A stretch of 11,047 bases of DNA from Candidatus Sumerlaeia bacterium (GTDB lineage Bacteria; Sumerlaeota; Sumerlaeia; SLMS01), in assembly GCA_038208905.1 (NCBI GenBank), contig JBBQYG010000137.1, forward strand, positions 1 to 11,047, read 5' to 3'. The notes below the pieces were generated by a model. The model did not search any database, had not been told where the DNA came from, and saw only the letters and a list, made by a program, of their open reading frames with translations. Made by a program: the position numbers and the translations under genes. This document shows positions 1 through 5,771 of this stretch, in pieces. Numbering within the stretch: the stretch's first letter is position 1; every line of letters starts with the position of its first letter.

Positions 1-213
1 CTCGACTATATCGCGGGTACGCTGCTGAAGGCGGCGGAATTGCTCGGCGATAGCACGCTGCCGGAGCAGGCCGTCCGTCTGGTGGCGCGGGGGCTGTTTT
101 CGAACGGCGATATAACGGAATCCGAGCGGTCCTACTTCCTCGCCGTGGTCGAGAAACTCGGCCTCGGCGACCGGCTGGCACAGGAAATCATGGCGGGGAC
201 CGGCGCGGAGTAG
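1..213 (+). CDS. 3' end of a CDS (5'-truncated by window), TerB-like / tellurite-resistance TerB-family domain protein
   Basis: Not in the ORF track. Frame +1 is open from base 1 to TAG at 211-213: LDYIAGTLLKAAELLGDSTLPEQAVRLVARGLFSNGDITESERSYFLAVVEKLGLGDRLAQEIMAGTGAE*. GC3-rich codons. 'SNGDITESERSYFLAVVEKLGL' resembles the TerB C-terminal (A/S)DGxxxxxE...LGL motif. Confidence 0.55.
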   Translation, partial: LDYIAGTLLKAAELLGDSTLPEQAVRLVARGLFSNGDITESERSYFLAVVEKLGLGDRLAQEIMAGTGAE

Positions 214-245
214 CGAGTTGGCATCGATTTTTCTGAAGGATTTGC

Positions 246-250
246 AGGAG
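246..250 (+). promoter_or_regulatory. Shine-Dalgarno site for signal peptidase I
   Basis: AGGAG 7 nt upstream of ATG 258. Confidence 0.7.
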
Positions 251-257
251 TCGCCTG

Positions 258-812
258 ATGCCCGCAACCGCCGCCCCAGCCACGCCCACCAAGCCGACCC
301 GCCGGGTGAGTACTTTTCGCCTACTCGTCACCACCATCATTTGCCTGTTTCTGGCGATTATGTGGGCTCTGCTGATCCGGGGAAAGCTCCGCGCGATGGA
401 GGTGTCGAGTGGCTCCATGATTCCAACACTCGAGGTCAAGGACACGCTGCTGGTCTGGTATGGGCCACCCTCTGAAATCGAGCGCGGCGATATTGTGGTT
501 ATCTCCTCACCTGACGACGAGGGGGCTGATCTGGTAAAGCGGGTGGTCGCGATTCCCGGGGACACTGTGGCGAAATCGAACGGTCAAGTGATGGTGAACG
601 GAGAACCCTCGAATCCGCCCGAGACCATTGCGGTCACGACCCGCGGTCCCGACTACAGCTATCACTTGGGGGAAGACGAGTTCTTCGTTCTGGGAGACAA
701 CCGCAAGGCGAGCCACGACAGCCAACAGTACGGCCCGATCAGGCGGGAGCAGATTCTCGGTTCGCCGCTCTATCGCTATGCGCCACGCACCCGCATGGGA
801 AGCGTGAAGTAG
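258..812 (+). CDS. lepB: Signal peptidase I (peptidase S26A), 184 aa, single N-terminal membrane anchor
   Basis: TM segment LLVTTIICLFLAIMWALLI. Box B SGSMIPTL (catalytic Ser), box C RGDIVV, box D LVKRVVAIPGD (catalytic Lys), box E FVLGDNRKASHDS. SD present. Confidence 0.95.
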   Translation: MPATAAPATPTKPTRRVSTFRLLVTTIICLFLAIMWALLIRGKLRAMEVSSGSMIPTLEVKDTLLVWYGPPSEIERGDIVVISSPDDEGADLVKRVVAIPGDTVAKSNGQVMVNGEPSNPPETIAVTTRGPDYSYHLGEDEFFVLGDNRKASHDSQQYGPIRREQILGSPLYRYAPRTRMGSVK

Positions 813-890
813 AGACGGGTCGGCGCATTCTTTCGTGGACGCCGCGCTGGCCCGGTGGCCACCCTTGCCCATCAATCATGAGGCCAGCCA

Positions 891-1628
891 TTGATCGAAG
901 TCCGTGAACTTTCCAAGACGTATCGCGACCGAAGGAAGGCGCTCCTGCACGCGGTGGAAGGAGCGAGCTTTCGCTGCGAGCCCGGGCGTGTCTTCGGCCT
1001 GATCGGGCCCAATGGCGCTGGAAAAACGACGGCGCTGCGCATCATATCCACGGCGCTGAGGCCCACTTCGGGACACGCTGTTGTCGCGGGGTTCGATACC
1101 CAGCGCGAGCCCGCGCGCGTACGCGCGTCGATCGGATTCCTGACGGCGAACGTGGGGCTGTATGGTCGCCTGACGCCGCGCGAGGTTCTGCGATTTTTTG
1201 GCGAGCTTCACGGCATGTCGAGGCCCGACATTGCAAGCCGGACTTCGGAACTTTCCCGCGCGTTCCAGATGGATGACTTTCTCGATAGGGCATGCGACAA
1301 GCTGTCCCTTGGGATGAGGCAGAAGACCAACATCGCCCGGAGTCTGATCCACTCCCCCCCGGTCATCATACTGGATGAACCGACCGCCGGATTGGACGTG
1401 CTGACAAGCCGCGGCATTGTGGAATTCATCCGCGAGAGCCGCGCGGAGGGGAAAACCGTGCTGCTCTCCACGCACATCATGTCCGAGGTCGAGCGCCTGT
1501 GCGACGGGCTGGCAATCATCCATGAGGGACGCATCCGTTTTCGCGGCACGGTGGAGGAATTGAAGCAGCGCCACGGCGCGGATCTGGAGGACGCATTCGT
1601 CGGTGCTCTGGGGGACGAGCCATGCTGA
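891..1628 (+). CDS. natA: ABC transporter ATP-binding protein, NatA-like (ABC-2 exporter), 245 aa
   Basis: TTG start with GAGG at 880-883. Walker A GPNGAGKTT, signature LSLGM, Walker B/D-loop IILDEPTAGLD, H-loop STH. Overlaps the downstream permease by 7 bp (ATGCTGA, 1622-1628). The natA symbol rests on family resemblance; Na+ specificity is not shown. Confidence 0.88.
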   Translation: MIEVRELSKTYRDRRKALLHAVEGASFRCEPGRVFGLIGPNGAGKTTALRIISTALRPTSGHAVVAGFDTQREPARVRASIGFLTANVGLYGRLTPREVLRFFGELHGMSRPDIASRTSELSRAFQMDDFLDRACDKLSLGMRQKTNIARSLIHSPPVIILDEPTAGLDVLTSRGIVEFIRESRAEGKTVLLSTHIMSEVERLCDGLAIIHEGRIRFRGTVEELKQRHGADLEDAFVGALGDEPC

Positions 1629-3181
1629 GGAACATCTGGACGATCTATCGCAAGGAGCTGATCGATACGCTCCGCGACCGCAAGACGCTGATCTTTATGC
1701 TGCTGCTGCCTACGGTGCTGGCGCCGGCGCTGATGTTCGGGTTGAGCAATTTCGCCATCTCCTTCGTCAAGAAACAGGCGACGCAGGAAGTCATCATCGC
1801 GGCATCGGCGGAGGCGCGGGACCGCTACGTGGCGCTGGCGCATCGGCAGTTTCTGGAATCCTCCCTGGGCAAGACGCTCAAAATGTCGCGGACTGGGGTG
1901 GTGTCCTTTTTGATCGGCAAGTCGGCATCCAACGATCTGGAGGAGCAGGTACCCGCAGCGATCTTTGGCGACGCGGTGGCCTATCGGGATTGGACGACGG
2001 GGCTGGCGCGACGAATGGAGGACATGGCCCGCGAAGGCAAAGGGAGCGATTTCGGCGGCAAGGCTCTTGGCGGCGCAGCCAATGCCTCGCCTGCGGACAC
2101 GGAACTGGCCAAGTCAATGGCACAGGGCGTCGCTGATTTCTATACGGTTTCCTTGCGCGGGGTGGGATTGGTTCGGTTCGTGGGCGAGGAAGAGATCGGG
2201 GATGGGGTCTTGCAAGAAGACGACGTACTCCCTGAGTCATTGGTCGTTCATGAACGCGGCACGGCTATCTATACGGCACTGAAGGCGCGGCGTATCCACG
2301 GCTATCTGGAAGTTGTTCCGGGCGGAGGCAGCGAGGCCACCACGACGATTCGCCTCTTTCACGACGAGACGATTCCGTTGTCGCGCGAGGCAAGTTCCCG
2401 CGTGGAGAAGGTGGGGCGGCTCGCCGGCGAGGCAATCGTGGCGGAGCGCGCGCGGGAGAGAAAGCTCCCCGCTGGTTTTCTGGAGCCCGTTCGCATGGAG
2501 CGTGGGACGAACATCGCCTCCCAGTCGCAAGTCGCGCTCTCCGCGCTGGGAGGGATGATTCCCTACCTCGTGCTGACATTCGCGTTCCTGGGCGGGCTCT
2601 ATCCCGCCATCGACCTGGGAGCCGGGGAGAAGGAACGCAACACGCTGGAGACGCTCCTCCTCTCCCCCGCCACGCGGACTGAGATCGCGCTGGGAAAGTT
2701 CCTGCTGATCTTCACAACGTCGATGTCGGCGGCGCTTCTGGGCATCGCCTCGATGGCGGTCTCGTTCCTGCGCCTGATGCCCGACTTCGTGCTGGAACGG
2801 CTGGACATCCGCATAGACATCTATACAGCGCTCTGCGCGGGCGCGCTGGCGATTCCCCCGGCGGCGGCGTTTGCCGGGCTGCTGCTCGCCATCTCCATCT
2901 ACGCGCGCACGTTCAAGGAGGCGCAAAGCTACCTCTCTCCGTTGCCGATCGTCATGGTGCTCCCCGCGAGTGCCGGACTAATCCCCGGGCTGGAGATCAA
3001 TGCTGGTCTGGCGATGGTGCCGCTGGTGAACGTGAGCCTGCTTTCGCGCGACGTGCTCAAGGGAGACTTGCACTGGGGTTACTACTCGCTCACCGTGCTG
3101 TCTTGCCTGCTCTTCGCGGCGGCGTGCGTGGCGCTCTGCGTGTTCATGTTCAAGCGAGAGAGCGTCGTATTCCGAGGCTGA
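1622..3181 (+). CDS. natB: ABC transporter permease, NatB-like (ABC-2 family), 519 aa
   Basis: NatB-type motifs KELIDTLRDRKTL, AIDLGAGEKERNTLETLLLSP, LGKFL, ARTFKEAQSY, VPLVN and C-terminal FKRESV. One N-terminal TM, a large soluble loop, then several TMs. GGGGA at 1611-1615; coupled to the ATPase. Confidence 0.85.
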   Translation: MLRNIWTIYRKELIDTLRDRKTLIFMLLLPTVLAPALMFGLSNFAISFVKKQATQEVIIAASAEARDRYVALAHRQFLESSLGKTLKMSRTGVVSFLIGKSASNDLEEQVPAAIFGDAVAYRDWTTGLARRMEDMAREGKGSDFGGKALGGAANASPADTELAKSMAQGVADFYTVSLRGVGLVRFVGEEEIGDGVLQEDDVLPESLVVHERGTAIYTALKARRIHGYLEVVPGGGSEATTTIRLFHDETIPLSREASSRVEKVGRLAGEAIVAERARERKLPAGFLEPVRMERGTNIASQSQVALSALGGMIPYLVLTFAFLGGLYPAIDLGAGEKERNTLETLLLSPATRTEIALGKFLLIFTTSMSAALLGIASMAVSFLRLMPDFVLERLDIRIDIYTALCAGALAIPPAAAFAGLLLAISIYARTFKEAQSYLSPLPIVMVLPASAGLIPGLEINAGLAMVPLVNVSLLSRDVLKGDLHWGYYSLTVLSCLLFAAACVALCVFMFKRESVVFRG

Positions 3182-3184
3182 CGA

Positions 3185-5755
3185 TCAGTAAAGATCCTTA
3201 CGGACGCAGAACACATACTGCGTTCCGGTGACGTTTCCGTCGCCCTCGATTCCACCATCGAATGTCTCGCGGAAGAGCAGATAGCGCCACACCTTGTACC
3301 ATTCCTGCTTGGCGTTGTATGCGGGAACGGCCTCTGGCGACGCATCGAGATAGTGGCCGGGGATCCACTCCTTCCAGATGTCGGTCAGCCGCTCAAGAGA
3401 GAGCTGGCGCGGCAGCCAGAACCGCATGGAGGAACCGAGGAACGTGTGATAACGCTCGGCGATCTCGGGCTTGGTCCGTAGGTCTGACTGATCGACGAAG
3501 AGGAACTCGTAGTTCTCCTTCAGGTAGCGGTCGGGTTCCTGCTCCTCATACCACTCGACCTCCCTCAAGTACCACCGCACTGGCCATACAACACCCGGCG
3601 TGGCGACGCCGACGCGGACTTGCTTGTGATCCTGGTAGCGGTTGTTTCGCACGTAGAAAGTGGGGATGTTCTTCGCGGGGTCGATGCGGATGGGGGCGAT
3701 TTTGTGGTAGTCCATGATGAACTCGCAATGGGCCATCAGGTCCTGGGGCGTCGGGCCATAGGCCATGCGCTCTCGCGGGTCGTCGGCGTTGAAGAAGTTC
3801 AGCATCGTCGTCGCCTTGGTGTTCCATAGCGCCGCCACGGAGAAGATGGCGATGAACGCGCCGCGCGCAACGGGCCCCGACATGCGCGCGTAGACAGGGT
3901 CCAGATAACTCGCCGCGAGCAGCAGCAGCGGGAGCATTCCGTGGATGCCGATCTGGGGAACGGCCTCGCGGGCGTAGCAGGCCGCGCCCGTCGCCGTGAC
4001 CGTCCACCACACGAGGAAGGCGCGGAATCGGGCGCCGCGCTCGAGTTCCAGCCACGAATAGAGCGTGGCGAAGAAGATCAGAATCATCACGAGCGCGATG
4101 CTCGAGCCGCCGTCGAAATTGAACTGGATTTCCAACAACCCCGCGAGGTCCACATGGCGGTTGGAGAGACGGATGGGCTCGCCGCCGCGATAGAGCTGCT
4201 GGCCGAAGCTTCCCAGCCACTCGCTTCTGTGGAAATACGCCAGCGAAAAAACCACCAACCCAATGAAGGCGATGGGCGCAAGGATGCGACCGGCACGCGG
4301 AACGGCGAGCGTGACGACGCCCAGTGCAAGCCCCGCGAGGAAGAGCGTCTTCAGATAGTCGATGTGAAGGAGCGTGAAGGTGCCATCGGACGCCTTAACC
4401 TCGAGCCCGCTGAACAGCAGCTTATGAAATCCGCCCACGGCGACGATCATCAGAAAGAATGCCATCGCCGTGACACGCGTGATGCGAGCGCGGCACAGTC
4501 CGCCGACCCATGCGGCGAAGACGATAAGGACCGATGGCATCTCGTAGATTGCCATGTTGAGCGGGTGTTGGTAGAAGGGGCCATAGATGCGTCCCCACTC
4601 GTGCTGCCCGCCCCAGTAGCCCCATGTCTTCGAGTATATCTCGAAGAAGCCAAGCCGCGAGCGAAAACCCGTGGTGAAGAACCAGAAGTATAGAAAGATA
4701 GACAGGCCGAGGGCGGCGAGGAGATGGAACCTGGCCGCATGCAACCGATACCACATGCCGGCGCAGAATTCCCGTTGGCCGATGCGGCGTGTGGCGAGAA
4801 CGGACAATCCGGCGAAGCACGCCAGCAACCCGGCGAAGAGGCCACCGTAGAACAGGCGCCAGAACTTCCCCTCACGCATCCCACCCGCGTCGGGCGCGTC
4901 GGCTGCGGTCAGTTCCGACCAGCCCAGCGCCAGCGGAATCGAGCGCACATCGCGCAGCACCCAGTCATGCCCGATAGCGTCGGTTACGTCCTTGTCATAG
5001 CGAATACCCTCGAAAACAAAGACAACGCAGAGCACCACAAATCCGCCGAGAGCCAGCGCCGGCCAGAGGGGATTGGGCATCCGCGGAATGGCCAGAAGGT
5101 GGTCGATCTTCTCGTGCCGCTTTCCCTCCATCAGCCACGCCCACCCATCGTGAACAACCAGCAAAATCAGAAACGTGAAGAGGGAGAAGTAGAGGAAGAG
5201 GCTGCTTTCCTTGTTGCAGAAGAGCACGGCGCAGCCCACGACAGCGCTCGCCAGCCAGCCGGGTTTGCGAGTGCGCCACCACCAGGCGAGGCTGGTCACG
5301 ATCCAGAGGGAGTTGAAGAGGTAGAGGGCGTCCTCGCGGTAGAACCGCTGGTAGAAGACGATGCCGGGCGACACCGTGTAGAATATCAGGGCGAACCAAA
5401 CGCCGTATCTCCCGAGCCACGGGCGAAGCATCCAGACCCAGAAGAATCCCGCGACTCCCAGTAGCGCGGAGCCGAGCCGCATCGTGTAGTCGGTTGCGCC
5501 AAACAGGTGCCAGATCAGCGCCTGCAGGTGTAGGCTGGCGGGGCCGTGCAGGATCGGAAGGTAGGTATAGGTCCAGGACTTGTAGAGCTGGTCGTAGGTG
5601 TAATACGTGAAGAGCGCCTCGTCGTGCATGATCGACTTCCACCCGATATCGAGCAGGCGGATCGCGCAGCACGCGAGGAATAGGAGCCAGAATCCCGCGA
5701 TGCGATAGGCGCGCGAGGTGGCGTTTCCCAGCCGCTCTTCTTCGATGGTGGTCAC
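3185..5755 (-). CDS. GT-C fold membrane glycosyltransferase-like protein (PMT_2/GT39-like; TIGR03663/Agl23-like), paralog A, 856 aa
   Basis: GTG start with GGGGAG SD (5762-5767). TM1 followed by RL-DIG-K-IMHDE (acidic DE pair typical of GT-C), then ILHGP, DYTMRL, SPGIVFYQRFYRED, NKES, YWGGQH...YE, ERMAYG, WPVRWYLR. Many hydrophobic segments and a soluble C-terminal domain of about 200 aa. Confidence 0.8.
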   Translation of the reverse strand: MTTIEEERLGNATSRAYRIAGFWLLFLACCAIRLLDIGWKSIMHDEALFTYYTYDQLYKSWTYTYLPILHGPASLHLQALIWHLFGATDYTMRLGSALLGVAGFFWVWMLRPWLGRYGVWFALIFYTVSPGIVFYQRFYREDALYLFNSLWIVTSLAWWWRTRKPGWLASAVVGCAVLFCNKESSLFLYFSLFTFLILLVVHDGWAWLMEGKRHEKIDHLLAIPRMPNPLWPALALGGFVVLCVVFVFEGIRYDKDVTDAIGHDWVLRDVRSIPLALGWSELTAADAPDAGGMREGKFWRLFYGGLFAGLLACFAGLSVLATRRIGQREFCAGMWYRLHAARFHLLAALGLSIFLYFWFFTTGFRSRLGFFEIYSKTWGYWGGQHEWGRIYGPFYQHPLNMAIYEMPSVLIVFAAWVGGLCRARITRVTAMAFFLMIVAVGGFHKLLFSGLEVKASDGTFTLLHIDYLKTLFLAGLALGVVTLAVPRAGRILAPIAFIGLVVFSLAYFHRSEWLGSFGQQLYRGGEPIRLSNRHVDLAGLLEIQFNFDGGSSIALVMILIFFATLYSWLELERGARFRAFLVWWTVTATGAACYAREAVPQIGIHGMLPLLLLAASYLDPVYARMSGPVARGAFIAIFSVAALWNTKATTMLNFFNADDPRERMAYGPTPQDLMAHCEFIMDYHKIAPIRIDPAKNIPTFYVRNNRYQDHKQVRVGVATPGVVWPVRWYLREVEWYEEQEPDRYLKENYEFLFVDQSDLRTKPEIAERYHTFLGSSMRFWLPRQLSLERLTDIWKEWIPGHYLDASPEAVPAYNAKQEWYKVWRYLLFRETFDGGIEGDGNVTGTQYVFCVRKDLY
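3348..3379. repeat. 32-bp exact direct repeat, copy 1 (copy 2 at 5935-5966), from paralogous coding sequence
   Basis: AGATAGTGGCCGGGGATCCACTCCTTCCAGAT occurs at both positions and encodes IWKEWIPGHYL on the minus strand in both GT-C paralogs. Confidence 0.9.
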
Positions 5756-5771
5756 CGCGGGCTCCCCATTC

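Noticed and set aside
214..257. Possible sigma70 promoter (TTGGCA at 218-223) upstream of lepB
   Set aside because: There is no convincing -10 hexamer at the right spacing.
690..735. Signal peptidase box E reads GDNRKASHDSQ rather than ...DSR
   Set aside because: It is a single substitution with catalytic Ser/Lys and the other boxes intact, too little to claim altered function.
1300..1320. Non-canonical ABC signature LSLGM as a sign of an inactive ATPase
   Set aside because: xSxGM signatures are normal in NatA/ABC-2 exporter ATPases, and Walker A, Walker B Glu and the H-loop are intact.
876..1574. 232-aa antisense ORF opposite the ABC ATPase, and other long antisense ORFs (2237-2926, 3941-4693, 4724-5464, 5826-6503, 6525-7433, 7554-8519)
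   Set aside because: These are typical stop-poor shadow frames of GC-rich genes with no recognisable motifs. Similarity between 3941-4693 and 6525-7433 only mirrors the sense-strand paralogy.
1603..2136. Same-strand alternative-frame ORFs (e.g. 1603-2136, 3546-4220, 4995-5672, 9006-9779)
   Set aside because: They lie almost wholly within well-supported CDSs, have Arg/Gly/Pro-biased composition, and show no sign of a frameshift since the main frames are intact.
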